Shown here piece by piece: positions 25,170-39,647 of a stretch of DNA of 64,000 nt. The notes beneath the pieces are model-generated. The model was not told the origin of the DNA. It made no database searches and saw only the letters and a list, made by a program, of their open reading frames with translations. Positions within the stretch are counted from its first letter, which is position 1, and each line of letters opens with the position of its first letter. Source of the stretch: Cycas panzhihuaensis (Eukaryota > Plantae > Cycadophyta); contig CM041465.1 of NCBI GenBank assembly GCA_023213395.1, positions 160,463,741-160,527,740 on the forward strand, given 5' to 3'. The translations under genes and the position numbers were made by a program.

Positions 25170-28100
25170 ACTTCATTGGATTTGATATCAAGGTTATGCC
25201 AAAACCTTTTAAACTTTAATTTGTTAAGTGCTTTAGTGATGATATCTATAACTTGGTCCTTAGTTGGTTAGTATACAAGGTCAACTTTTTTGTTTTGAAC
25301 ATGCTCATGGATGAAGTGATGATGGACCTCTATATACTTGGTCTGAGCATGGAAAATAGGATTCTTTGTCATCAACACACTTTAGTTGTCATGATAGAGA
25401 TTGGTAGGTAAAGTCTATTGAAGTTCAAGCTCGACAAGAATCCTTCTAAATAAAATTGACTCTATGGTGGCATGGACAACTACTCTATATTCAACTTGGT
25501 GGAGGAGAGAGTAATATTAGGTTATTTTCTATAGCTCCCAAAGATTACAACTAAGTTGATGTCCAAATAATATCCAAATATTGAATGGCATGTGTTTTAG
25601 CAACTTGCCCAATCAACATCTGTGTATCCTTTCAGGATAGGAGATTTAGTTTGGTTGTAGTCAAGTCTAAACTGATATGTGCCATATATATACCTAAGGA
25701 TACTAATGGCAGCCTTCTTATAGGATGCTTTAGGCTATGACATATACTTGGAACAAATCCCAATTGCATAAGAGATATCTAAGAGAGTATGAGTAAGGTA
25801 CATAAGGCTCCTAACCAACTGCTAGTATAATGTGGGATCAAAGGGCTTTCCTTATTCATTTAGATTGAGCTTGGTTACTATTTCTATTAAAATTGGTATA
25901 GGCATGAAATCAGTCATTCTAAATTACTATAAGATTTCATTGAAGTATTTAGATTATGATAGAAATATGTGACTAGGTTTCTACTATATCCCAATGCCAA
26001 GGAAGTAGTGTAGTGACCCAAGATCTCTTATCTTAAAGTTGCTTTTTAATTTAAATTATAACTAATATATACCTTCATTATTATTACCAGTGATTACTAA
26101 GTCATCTACATAGAGAACAATGATTATGATCAAGTTACCTCTAATTTAAATGTATAGATTTGAATTAGATAGTGAATAAGAGAACCCATATTATATGAAA
26201 AATATATCAATCTTAGTATATCAGGTATATGGTGCCTACTTTAATCCATATAAGACTTTCTAAAGCTTACAAACTAAGTGCTTTTTACCAAGAATAATGT
26301 AGCTAGGAGGTTACTCCAAGAAAACCTCTTTAGTGAGCTCTCCATTTAGGAAAGCACTCTTCACACCCATTTGGTACATGAGCCAATTGAATTGAGCGTA
26401 AGAGATATAACTAAATGAAATGTGGTCATGTTAGCAACCTGTGCAAAGGTCCTATCATAGTCAATCCCCTCTTATTATTTAAAACCTATTATAACTAGAT
26501 GAGCTTTATGACACTTGATGGTACCATCAGAATAGAATTTAGTCTTGTAAAGCCATTGATAGTTAATTGGCTTCCTTTCAGGTGGCGGTTCTATTAGCTT
26601 TCTAGGTGTCATTCTTAAGGATAGAGTTCATCTCTACATCTAGTGTTACTTTCTATGTTTATTCTTTAACTTCCTCCTCAAATATGGAGGGCTTAGAGGT
26701 CTCAAGGACACATGCCATTAGGGTGTAGTTGGTGGAGTGTCTCATTTTACACTCTCTTTTAGGAGTTGTAGGAGGAGGAGATACATCCTTTAATAATTAT
26801 TATAGCCATTTAGAAGGTGGTTGAACATTGGTGATCTCCACTTAAATATCATTAGGAGATATAGGTGGCATTATTATAGTGGCATCTAAAGTAGATGTTA
26901 AAGCTGCTGAAACTGAAGATGGACCTAGTGTGTAGGATGATGTAGGTTTTAGTGGCTTAAGAATTAGTACAAAAGGCACATCATGTGCATCAATATCTTC
27001 ATCTATTATAAACTAAATTTGTGAGGAATCTAAGTCCTAAGTATCTTTAGTAAATATTACATCTCAAGTGGTGTATACTTGGTTTCCAATAGTGTTATAT
27101 CCTTTGTAGGCTTTGTATTAGCTAAGAAAAATATATTTGAGGGATTTATCATCTAGTTTCTTCCTATTCTCTGTGGGGATAAATTTGTAAGTTGTACAAT
27201 CAAATGTCCTTAGATAAGAAATTATTAGTTTGATGATTAACCAAGCCTCCTTGAGAGTGATATTTCTAACTGTTACTGTGGCACTTATATTGGTTAGATA
27301 AGTAGTAATTAATATGGTTTCAACCCAAAACCTAGTAGTAAGATTAGTAGTATTCAACATGGCTTTTTCTTTATTTGCAAATATTTAGTTCATCATTTCT
27401 CTTATACCATTTTGTTAAGGTGTACGAGGGGCTAAGAATTGGTATTTAATACTATATTATTCGTAAAAGTTAGTGAATTGGTTAGATGTATACTCTCCTT
27501 CATTATTATATATTAGCACCTTGATGTTCATGCCACTTTCATTTTCAACCTCAGCATTAAATTCTTTAAACTTCTCAAAGGCCTAAAATTTATTCTTAAG
27601 AAAGTATACCCATAATTTCTTAGAATAGTCATCAATAAAGGTCATGAAAAATAGGTTTCTATTGAGTGGTAAAACTAACATGGGCCTACAAATATCTGAG
27701 TGGACTAAACCTAGTGGTTTTGAGGCTCTTTATACTTTCTTTAATAGGAATAATTCTCTATGCTACTTGTCAACTAAGTAGGCCTCATAAATACATCTAT
27801 TTCTCTAGATCAATGGAAGTCCATATACCATATATAGCCTAGACATGAGATTTAGACTCTGCATATTTAGGTGACTAAGGCGCTAGTGCCATAGTTGGTC
27901 CTTGGCTCTATTGGAGGTAGGTTTGTCTTTAGAGTTTGAACATTCACCTATCTTGGTAACTATGATTACTTTCCCCTTTTCAAGGTGATTATTATATGTC
28001 ATGGAACAAGACTGTTGTGTTGGAGTGGTGGTGAGAGGAACTTCATTAAGTTTGTATAAGCCATTATCCTCATGTCCTATGGTAACTAGTTGACCTATGG

Positions 28101-29537
28101 AATGATTTGGAATTGTGTAGATGCCTTCGCTAAAGAGAATGTCTAGGTTTTACTTATCAATCTGACTAACTGATAGTAGATTCATTTTTATATTAGGTAT
28201 AAGGAATATATTATTGATATGTTGATGTATATTTGAATCCTTTAGTATAATATGTAACCATTTAATCTTGATCACATCATAGATAATATTATCTATAGAT
28301 ATTACAGTTTGGATCCTTATTGGTTGTGTCTCCTCAAGAAGGTATCACTAGAATCAATCAACCAAGAATTATCATCATATTGAGATGTCAAAGTAGTAAA
28401 GAAAAATTTTAGGACAAGGGTTGAGTATCAACCATATTACCTCCTTGTTGTGAATTATGAGTGTTCCTTTAGTTTCTTGGTTAGAACCTTTACCTATTTG
28501 ATTGGTGCTAGCTCTAGTCTTGCCTATAATTCCCATTTTAATAGAAATATTAACCTCCTAATTATCCACCTTGTTCTAAAGGATTTAAAAATTGACATAT
28601 CTTCTTCTTCAATTAACTACTAGGTGCCTATTTTTACCACAATATATGCAACTCATATTTTATCTATTTTTTTGGTTCCTTAGAGTTTAAGATTGTTGTG
28701 GCTATTATATCTATTAGGGATGTTAAGAGATATTGCTAAATTATTAAGCATGAAATTACTGATGCATTAGGTGTTGATATGGTTATTATTATATATTCAA
28801 AGAGCCAAACTAAATAGGAAGGGTTTACTAATGAGTTGGTTGCTAGCTTGGTTATTAAGGTGGCTTATTCCTTTCTAAAGTCTTGGCTATAAATGCAAGG
28901 GTAGAGTTAGAAGTATATTAAATTCTTTAGAAATTAAGAATGTTCTCCTTCTTAAGCTAGAGTCCTTTAGAGGTGTTGAATTCTATTTTGGTAAAGGTAT
29001 CATAGAGTCTAGATACAAATCTATTATATTCTATAAGAAGATTGTTGAGAATGCTAGACACATGATTATAATCAAAGGGAGGTTCACCAAGGGTGATAAG
29101 TTAATTTCTAATTATTTTGATTTCATTTAGGTGGGTTGTTATGGTTCTAGTAAAAGGAATATCAAAGAGGTGTTCTTTTAAAGTTAAGGACCTTGAATCA
29201 TCTTTCCTCTCATAAGGGAAGTATATGATGCTCCAAGCTTCATGGGATGTTTAGGCTATTTTAATATTTTAGTCCACTTGGTCTTCTACAACTAAGTAAA
29301 GAAATAAAAGGGCAATGTTTTCCTTAGCCTTGGAATTAGCTATAGTAACTAGATCTAGTAGAATCTCTATGGTGGGATCATTTAGATCCTTAGTGGGTAT
29401 GGGTAAGGATATGTCACCATTAATATAAGCCCAATAGTTGTTCATGATAAAGAGGTTTTAAACTTATTTTTTTAAGATAAGAAGTTATTTGCTCTACTAA
29501 GTTTAATGGTGTTGGACAAAAGTATTTGAGCTACCAT
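25170..29537 (-). pseudogene. Copia B gag-pol, pseudogenised
   Basis: ATG at 29537 (MVAQILLSNTIKL..NNF). Integrase 'LVHSDICRP..FMTFIDDYS' ~27620-27710. RT 'LYVDDLVITG' ~26087-26116. RNaseH 'GYTDVDWAS' and 'FHAQTKYIEVHHHFIHE'. Confidence 0.9.
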
Positions 29538-29559
29538 TTTAATATGTCTTTTACTATCT

Positions 29560-30008
29560 TTTTATGTCATATCTACTTAGGGGCTGCTAAACTAGAATAC
29601 TAAGTTTAAGAGTCTCTAGGAATCCCTTAATTGTTATTCTACCCAGTAGAGCCTACCCATAAGTGGCAAATCAGGGACCCTATATACTAGTACATAAGAT
29701 TTAGGTTATATATAACTCAATACATGGGATTCTAAGAAGGTTAAAGATCCACTTAACTTGTTGATCCACCTACGCCAGATTTATGCCTAGCAATAAATCT
29801 AAGTGAGAACTATAAACTAAGACACTCACCTCTTTTAGATCTAGCCTAGTCTCAAAACACTAAGGTAGGATTTAACATCTTAGCTTAACACTTAATACAT
29901 CTTATAGCTAGTAGTCTTCTCTAATATACATAGATTTCAAGAAGTGTCACTAACATATATGGAGTGGTAACTTTAGGGGTCCTAACCATTCCCCTTATAA
30001 GGCTAGTA
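29560..30008 (-). other. Conserved pre-gag non-coding module, copy in divergent copia B
   Basis: Reverse complement begins CTAGCCTTATAAGGGGAATGGTTAGGACCCCTAAAGTTACCAC and contains GTACTAGTATATAGGGTCCCTGATTTGCCACTTATGGGTAGG. Confidence 0.75.
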
Positions 30009-32667
30009 AAGTTATCCTGTAGAATAGGAGTTATCTTTTTTAATATTTTAAATTGAAATTGATTCTAGGGTGTGTTCTTATTTAGGAAATAAAAGTAAGG
30101 AGACTAAAAATAATAATAACTTAAAAGAAATAGAAGGATTTAAGGTGCTCTTTTAGTGGACTTTACTCTAAGTGAATATCAACCTCCTTTATTTAAAAAG
30201 GGCACCTACAACCTTAATGTATAAGCACTTGTTAGTCAAAAACCTATATAGGATAATATATAAGATGTAAATAACGAGTATAGAATCTTTGTAGATTGAA
30301 AAATATAAGCTTTTAGTTTCTGAAAAAGACCTATTATAGCCTAAATGGAAAGCTCTACTTTAGTAGCTTATAAACCCTTGAATAACTACTCAAAACTAAA
30401 TAATACTAGCTCCAAATTATATGCCTATGAATAAGAATTTTAATAGTTTAAACAATGCTCAAATTTAACCTCTCATTAAGAAGTTATAGCCAAAATAATA
30501 CTAAATACTCCTGATGGATAGAAAACTAAAGTAGAATGGGCTTAAACCTCATTTACAATTTATCCATTCATCTAAGTTGGTCTACATATGACCACTTGCT
30601 AAGTTGTAGAGGGCCTAATGTAAAAAGGGTTAATGTCACAAGGTCATTATATTAGTTGATTATTTCTAAAAGGGGTCTTAAGTGAACTTTAAATTAGATC
30701 ACTTAAGTGAAATACACTTTCATGTGCATTATGTGTAATTGCATTTCACCTAACACTAATGCTCCCTCTCTCAGCATAAAAGTAAAAGCTTAATGGAGGA
30801 GGCTCATTCTTACCTCCCCATTTTGTGAGAGTTATTTTCTTTCTCTCAAGTCTCTCTTGCTCCCATGTTTGCCTTTGTGTTTAGTACATGGAGATAAATG
30901 ATAGATCGACTCTTTTCATATGGTATCAGAGCTTGCTTCCTTCATATTCCTCACTTAAACTTGTAATGGAGCCATCACTTCCTTGTTCCCCACAATCCAT
31001 GTGGTAAAGGAGATTGTAAAAGAGGTGTTAGAAATATTTTCAAGTTATTATCATAACATATTTTGTATTGTTTACTTTCCCTTTTTCTTTTGCAAGTTTG
31101 GAAGAACAATACAAGTAGTTGTAAGGCCCAAGGATTCAAATCCTTTGGTGGCCATTCATGCTATCTCATTCTTCTTTGTTTTCCCCTCTTTTTGTCCATT
31201 TAATAAGGGGAAATGCTGCTGAAATTTTTCTAGCTTTTAGAAGAATAATTGTAAGGGGAGGTTCTACCCACTTTTTAAAATGAATTTTGAGCTATTTAAA
31301 ATATCCATTATTGTATACTCTTACCTTGCCTCTATTGGGATCCTAGTGACAAAAAAAATGATAGAAATTTCATATGGTATCATGTGTTAATGAGATATTA
31401 GCAAGTTGAAATTTCTGTAGAAATAAATTTTGCTTGTTGAAATTTATAGGTTTGCAAAATCTTTTACAGAGTTCCAATTGGTATGATTCTAATTATCAAA
31501 TAAGGGAATTTGAGTCTATTTTCTAACATAAAATCAACACCCAATTTTGATATCGTATGCGGAAGCTATTGTAATTTTACTGAACAATAGTTATTTGTAG
31601 TAAGAATTCTAGAAAAATATAATCTCTTAAGTTTTGCAGGGCTGCCAAAAACTTTCTAGAACTCATTTGGACCTAATTCCACTTTTTGAAGATGAAACAG
31701 TAAGTCTAGTTTGTAGCACAAAACCTGGCACTCCATTTCGTCATTGTGGGAGAAAGTTATTGCTGATTTAGTAAAGACTATTTTTTTTAATATTTAAGGG
31801 AAAAAAAAAGTAAAAAAATTTTCTTCCTTCTTTTTATAAGGCTTAAAAACCCATTGTAAAAGTGAGAAAAAACACCTAGATTAGAGCAATATCTAGTGTC
31901 CTCACTCACTTATTAGTATTGGATTTCGACACTCTAAAAACACTTAAAGAAAGCACTATAAAGACACTCCAAGCAAGCACTCTAAAAGCCCTCTAAGTAA
32001 GCATTCTATTTTCAGTTAAATGTACATTTGATGTAATTCGATAATCTTTTCACTCTTCCTAAAAGGAACACATCACGCATGCTATTTCTACCATCTTGTA
32101 CCTATTCACACACTTGCCAAGGTTGAGATACCTTGGTTGGCAGTATGCTGTACCATAAAGAAGGTGTGGGTTTCAAGTTGGGACTAGACTAAACTAGAAT
32201 ATTGGTAAGGTTTGGTTAGCCATACCATCGTGCCTCAATCAGGGATCATCCTGATAACCAACCAGAAAAACTAAAACTTTAGTACAATATTAAAATATAC
32301 CTGATCCAATATCCATCATAGCCATGGGTATGTATGTACCACTCTTTAGAGGAGGTATGTAGCTGCTCATTGGTGAACTAGGTGAGGATTGGGAGTACTT
32401 GGGCTCCGTTGTGACTTGGATTTCATCATCAAGTACAACTGCAGGTATCATGGGTGAAGGCTAACTAAGTTCTACTAGAAGCCTAGGCATCCCTTCAACA
32501 ACCTCAACTATATATTCAACACAAGTTAGATGTTATCAGGTTGATTACGCATCCTGCATTTGAGTTTCAAGTTATGCACACCCAATGATGTTAGCTTCTA
32601 TATTAGCCTATAATCTTGTATGTTAATCGCTTATTTGTGAAAAATTATCCATAGTGTAATCATAATC

Positions 32668-32794
32668 ATAGTGCTTCTTATATTCTTATTACATCAGGTT
32701 AATATTTTCCACAAGTGTTAGTGGCCAATTTTCATCATAGTGCTTCTCATATTCCTACTGCATCAAGTTAATATTTGTCACAAGTGTTAGTGAC
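32668..32794 (+). repeat. Two-copy ~68-bp tandem duplication upstream of copia C gag
   Basis: CATAGTGCTTCTYATATTC...CACAAGTGTTAGTG occurs twice in tandem. Confidence 0.85.
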
Positions 32795-32932
32795 TTTTCT
32801 CTAAGTTTCTCCCTTCATCTTCGAGTAACTATTTTCACTTCTTCTTCTTTCTGCTACACTACTTTATTACATCTCCCATTTATAAATACTTTTATAGTCC
32901 CTTGTTCATTTTTTCCCTTCTCAAAAGACACC

Positions 32933-35900
32933 ATGTCTTTACAATTTAAGCAAAATATGAACTACATTCTAAAAAGGAAAGAAAATTGGGACATGTGGTT
33001 CAGTGGTGTCAGAAATACTGCAAAGTATGAAGGTTTGTGAAGAGATCACTTGCAACCTATACCATCTATTGTAACTACAACTACCTTAGTTACTTCTGGA
33101 GGAGGTGCTCCAACTACTCCCACTGAAGTTACAGCTAAATACTAATGGGAACTTGATGATGATAAAATCTGTTTAGGGATACTAGTTGTCATTAATTATT
33201 CCCTGCATAATCTCATTGATAAGTTGTACATGATACAACATGGAAAGTTCTTGAAGTTCTTAAGAAGAAATTTGACATTAAATCAGACTTAGAATTTATT
33301 CACTCGGTGCTAAAGATAAACAAATTGAAAATACAATAAGGATACACAAGTGAGATAATCAATATCCTTCATCCGATCAAGTAATATATTGATAAAGATT
33401 TTAAAACTCAATGCATTACCTAGGCTTTCTTGATTCAGTCATGTCTCCATATCCCAGATTATAAAAATCTATTAGGAAGTCTTTAATCTAGTGGCACTTT
33501 TCAGACCCTAAACTTTGAGGCTCTTTCCAATAAGTTCATTGAATTTGAAAAGACCTTTAATACCAACTTTGCCACTATATCAGATCCAATTTATGTTACT
33601 TTTAAAATAGAAGAAGATCTTTGTTAATACTAAAAATCAAGGTCAATACTCTCATAGAGGTGGAAGAGAAAGAGGTAGACAACAAGGACAATGTCCTCTT
33701 GGTCAACAAACTCCTTAATTTCAACAAAACCAGTCTAAAGGCCAAGGCCAAAATTATTAACCTAGACCTAGATCCAGTAATCAGAGATAATCCAACCAAC
33801 CCAATACTTCTTATGGGACTAGAAATCAAATAATTTTGTGCCAAAGGTGTAATAGAAAAGGACATTATGCCAAAAATTATAGAATTGCCACCAACAAACT
33901 ACTAAGTTATCAACAGCGCCATGATGCACATAATGTTGATAATACTTCTTTTGAAGATGCTTTTGGTGGAACATAATTTGCTTATGCACACCTTCAAAGA
34001 ATCAAGACCACTTCATTAAATGTTGTTGATAGATCTACTAAGTATATTGAGACTCATTATGGCTATGCTTATTCACTTTCGTCTTTACTAGTTGGAGTTG
34101 CAAATAGTGCCACCTCAAATACCTCATCACAAATCATGGATACTAGGGAAACATAACACATGACTTATCATCATTAGTTCTTTCAAGATTTTGACTCTAA
34201 AGTCCATGGTGTTGTACACATTGCTCACAAATCATCTCAGCTAGTCGAAGGACTTGGAACTGTTTGCTTGAAACTCCTAGGCCTTATAGATTGTACACTT
34301 GTTGATGTTTTATATATTCCTACTCTAAAGTAGAACCTGTTCTCCCTATCCACCCTTGTCTCTCATGGATTTGATCTAAATGTAACTATATATAATCAAA
34401 CTCTATGTGTCATTTACCCTCCTTCAAATATTATGGTTATGACCAGAATTCTTGATGGCAAACTTTTGCACCTAACTAGATCACCATCCTCTAAAGCCAA
34501 CTATGTTGATGATGACTCTGCTTTTAACACAACCCTGACTCCTCAAAAGTTGTCCTAAGTGGCCCTATGGCATGCTTGTATGGGCCATATTAAAATTGAT
34601 TGTTTAAGAGAACTACATGCCACTCTTCCTAGTATGCCTAGGCTCTCCTCTAAGCCCTTCAAATGCGAAGCATGTATTATTGCCAAATCTCAAAGACAAC
34701 CCTTTCCTCGTAGTCAGTAGAAATCTAGCCAACCTTTCTAGCTTGTACACTTAGATATATATGGTCCTATGCACATCCCTTCTCTCAAACAGAAGTGGTA
34801 CTATATTACTTTCATTGATGATTTTACCAAGAAAGTATGGGTTACTTTTCTTGTAAAGAAATATGAAGCTTTTTTTATGTTTCAAGCTTTCAAGGCCTGC
34901 GTGGAAAATGAATCTAGATTCAAGATCAAAATACTAAGGACTAACAATGGTGGTGAGTACACATATAACGAGTTTTAATCATACCTTCATCAACATGGAA
35001 TCAAACATTAGATTGCTATTACAGGTATACCCTAACAAAATGGAGTTACTGAGTGCATGAACAAGACTATCATGAATATAGCTTGTGCTATACTAGTATA
35101 TAAGAATATCCCTGTCTATCTTTGGGTTGAGGCTATCTGGACTACTGTGTATTGCATTAACATTATTACTCCCTCCAAGCTCGGCCCTTCTCTACATGAA
35201 ATGTAGTATGGACAAATCTCCTATATCTCCCACTTCAAAATTTTTGGCTCTACTTGTTATACTCACATTCTCAAGGAACATAGAAACAAGCTCTAAGATA
35301 GAACCATCTAAGGCATCTTTGTTGGATACCTTATGGACAAAAATGGGTACAAGGTTTTCATACCTTCACAGTGTAAAATCATCATCACTAGAGATGTTAT
35401 CTTTGCTGAGACTGAAGATCAATTACTCATACTTGACTCCAAGATGATTCATATCAATTTAATGATGCTATTGAATTTAATGTCCAGATTCTAAAATTTA
35501 GGGAGGTAGATGCTCAACAACTACTCAAAATATTAGAATATGATAATAGAGCCCTAAAGGATACAAGTTATGACTCCTAACCAATGTGTATATATCCAGC
35601 ACTATCATTTGCAAACAGCTAAGTTGACAAAGGTAAAGCCATAGTAGAAGGATCATCTTCTCTAACATCTATGGCTAGCCCATCTTCTCTAGCATCATCA
35701 ACTTCCTCTGTAGCGAACATTTCATATGATCCTTTTCAGGATTAAAATGAAGACCAAGAGGCTGTGGAAATGAAAACCTCATTCCCAACTCGAGGTTTTC
35801 GTGAAGCCTACCAACTACACAATGACATGCGACTAGATAAGGTAGACAAAACTAGCACTAGAAGTGCCCATAGAGCAAGGATGTATAAATCACTTTCCAT

Positions 35901-37480
35901 TTAGCTTGAACCAGTAGAATTATACCTTGCTCTTAGTGAAAAGCCCCTGACATCCCAAGAAGCTATAAAGCATGCAACTTGGAAAAATGCTATGAATGAA
36001 AAGTACCAATCTCTTATCATGAATGGTACATGGGAGCTTGTTGATCTAACACTTGGAAGAAAGATAGTTCAAAACAAATGGGTGTTCAAAAATAAGTACA
36101 GATCAGATGGCACCCTAGAAAAACACAAGGTGAGGTTAGTAGCAAAAGGATTCACGCAAAAAGAAGGCATCAACTACACTGAAAACTTTGCTCCTAAAAC
36201 CAAGTGGCCTACAATCAGAACTCTTATAGCCTTGATTGCTCAATAGGGTTAGAAAATCCACCAACTCGATGTTAATATCACATTTCTTAATGGGGACCTT
36301 AAAGAAGAAATTTATATGGCTTAGTTAGAAGGATACAAGATTGTCAGTCAGAAGCATAAGGTTGCAGGCTCAAAAAGTCCTTGTATGATCTAAAGTAAGC
36401 CCCTCGTACTTGGTTTACTAAGTTGTCTAAAAGAATGAGGTAACTTGGATATGAGGTTTATGACTATCAAGATATTAATACAACATTATTTATCAAGTGC
36501 CAAAATAATAAAGTTACTTACCTCTTAATCTTTATGGATGATATACTAATAACGAGAAATGGTGAATAGGTAATTAGCCAACTGAAGAAGGACCTTGCTA
36601 AAACTTTTGAATTATATGACCTCGGGTTGATGAAATATTACTTGGGAATTGAAGTAACTCAAAATAATGGTAAAATCTTTCTCTCCTAAGAAAAATATGT
36701 GAATGATCTTCTAACAAAGTTTCAGTTGAAAGGTGCTTGACCAATGGATATACTTATAGAACCTAATATTAAACTCTTAGCTGATGGTGATATTAGAGAG
36801 GCAGATGCAATACTTTATAAGCAACTTCTAGGTAGTCTCATATATACTACCAATACAAGGCCAAATATTACATATTATGTTGGTATTATTGCAAGATTCA
36901 TGATAAATCCTAAGCAAAATCATTGGTAAGTTGTAATATGAGTGTTGAAGTACCTAAAGATGACCAACAGATATGGTTTGTTGTATGAACCCAATGTAAA
37001 ATTTAAACTTTATGTATATACAGACTCAGATTTTGCCAGAGATAAAGACATAAGAAGATCTATGTCTATGTATGTAATATTTCTTAGCACAACACCAATA
37101 TCATGGAGATCCAGACAATAGAAGATAGTTGTAGACTCAACTATTGAAGCTTAATATATTACTACTTTTGAGACAAGCAAGGAGGTGATATGGCTTAGAA
37201 AATTATTAAATACATTAAATTCCATCCAAATAAGTTCTACTAGCTTACATGTAGATAATCAATCAATAATTTAAATGGCTAAAAATCATGTATTTCATTA
37301 TTGTACCAAACATATAAGTACGAAAGTCCTCAAGATTAGAGAACTAGTTCATGATGGTATAATTCAACTGGAGTATTGTTCCATAGCAGATCAAGTGGAT
37401 GATAATTTCACCAAACTACTGAAGAAGGTGAAGTTTGAATAGTTCTGAAAGCAACTCAGTCTTAGGGCCTCTATCTCTGA
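32933..37480 (+). pseudogene. Copia C gag-pol, pseudogenised
   Basis: CCHC 'CQRCNRKGHYAKN' ~33839. Integrase ORF 34769-34978 'YYITFIDDFTKK..LRTNNGGEY'. RT ORF 35992-36246 'TWELVDL..KWVFK..KVRLVAKGFTQKEGINY'. 36744-36929 'YKQLLGSLIY..TRPNI'. Confidence 0.92.
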
Positions 37481-39647
37481 CTGATTGAAAAAGATGACAA
37501 TAGGACTATCATACTCTATCTCATTCGTGAAAACCCCTTGTATGCGCAGAAGGATAAGAGTAAGTCTTTGCTTTATCCCATTTATGAAAACCCCTTATCG
37601 GTGCGAAAGGATAAGGGTTGTATTATTTTGGAAAATTGAAACCTATAAAAACCTAAAAGGGCATGGGAGATGACCAAATGGTATATGGAGACTCAGTAGA
37701 TTTCATCTATAAGATTTATTATACCGATTGGCTATCTAGCTTCATTTAAATAGCTGCTTGAGTTAGGTTAGTAGATTAGAAAATCTGCAGTTTTTCTTCC
37801 CCATCTGGGTTTCCCATAAAAGTGTCATAGTAGTTTGCTTTGTAAGAGGCTCAAATGAAGACCTCATAGGATAGAATAAAATAGGATGAAATGACCTTAT
37901 ACCATTAAGGGAGAGATTGAAAAGGGTTAATGTCACAAGGTCATTACATTAATTAATTATTTCTAAAAAGGGTCTTAAGTAAACTTTAAATTAGATCACT
38001 TAAGTGAAATGCACTTTTATGTGCATTATGTATAATTTCATTTCACCTAACTCTAATGCTCTCTCTCTCAATATAAAAGTAAAAGCTCAACGGAGGTGGC
38101 TCATTCTTACCTCCCTATTTTGTGAGAGCTACTTTCTTTCTCTCAAGCCTCTCTTGCTCCCATGTTTACCTTTGTTTTAGTGCATGGAGATGAAGGATAA
38201 TCCACTCTTTTCATGATGGACATAAAAAATAATGAAATATTAAATACACTTTTTGATTTTATAAAAAAAAAAGATTAAAAGCAACTTATAAAATTCTATG
38301 TCTACTCGCTTTTTAACATAAAATCCTAGTCATGTGGGGCCCAATGTGACTTAAAACTGAAGCCCTTCATGGATTTCAAATCCAATTCAAATCTAGTTAA
38401 ATTAGCTTTAAACTTTATAAACGAAAAGATAAAATGTTTTAATAAAAAAATTGTTATCATGAGTCATGTGAATTCCCACAGAAACATGGTAAAATTTTTT
38501 GATCAAAATTGCTTTAAATCGAATTAAGATCACTTCAGCTATGTTTGAGATCAAATAGAGGCTAACACATGATAGATTAGAGGTAGATTTAAGCTTGAAA
38601 GAGTGCTCCATAGCTTCAAAATATGCCACACAATCATATGACTCTTAAGATGAATAATGAGCTAAAAAAAGGGAAAAAACACCTTCATGATGGATCAAAA
38701 GCAACCCTTGGGCACCTACATGGTTGTACGATCCTCCTATAAACAGTTAGGATGTGGATTGAAGTGCACACAAGTAGATTTTAAACCACAATAAATTGGT
38801 TTGAGAGAAAACAAATGTTAAACAAGCTAAAATGATAGAAACGACATGTCATTTAAGTGTGAAATTATAACAAAAGGCCAAAGGACTACTACCAGTTGGT
38901 CAAACAATAAATGTAAGTAACTACATAGTGAATACACCCTATAAAAGTGTTAGACTTATTGGAAACCATTCAAACTAATTGAAAAATATGGAAACAGGGG
39001 TGAACAGGATATTATTATTAATGAACATGCCATCATTTCTCGACTAAACTCACAATAAACTAGATTAAATATACATAACCTAGCTTTGATATCATATTAA
39101 ATTTATCAACATCATCATATAATAAATGTGCATTCAAATATAAAAATAAAAAAGTAGGATATATGAGAAAACACACTGCAAATGTATACGAATACTTAGA
39201 AATAGCACGATAGGTAAATTGGTTACACTGTACATATAGATTTCAGTAAAACTTTTGCATATATCATAAGTCCATTTTCAAATGGGGAGGATTGTGCTTA
39301 ATTTATAAACCAATGATGCTTGAATACGAATAATATGGTTGGCCAACTTAACAACAAAGGAGGTAGACCTGACCATAATACAAATTACAATTTAATTTAC
39401 AATGGTGGTCTCCCTCTATGATACAACAGGTATATAATACATGTAAAATATAATACAATGGGGCATTGTTAGATGTTCTAACAATCCAAAAGTGCAAAGT
39501 TAAGGGAGAATATTCTCTAGAATATTATTGATCCATTTTCAGATCTTTAATATCATAATACTCTTAAAATGCCTTGTTTTTCATGTTTATAACCTTCATT
39601 TAATAGAAAAATACCTTAAAATGCTTAAAAAATGCAAAAGAAAGGAG

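Larger units (their letters stand above)
30621..38213 (+). mobile_element. Full-length degenerate Ty1/copia element C nested in the leader of element B
   Basis: LTRs 30621-30918 and 37918-38213 (T[G/A]AAAAG...CTTTTCA). Perfect PBS TGGTATCAGAGC at 30921-30932. PPT AAGGGAGAGA ~37907-37916. TSD TAATG/TGATG (1 mismatch). Confidence 0.92.
24756..39483 (-). mobile_element. Full-length degenerate Ty1/copia element B, interrupted by element C
   Basis: LTRs 24756-25153 and 39095-39483 align end to end. Perfect TSD ATCCA (24751-24755 / 39484-39488). PPT rc CCCTCCC at 25154. PBS rc at 39083-39094. Confidence 0.92.
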
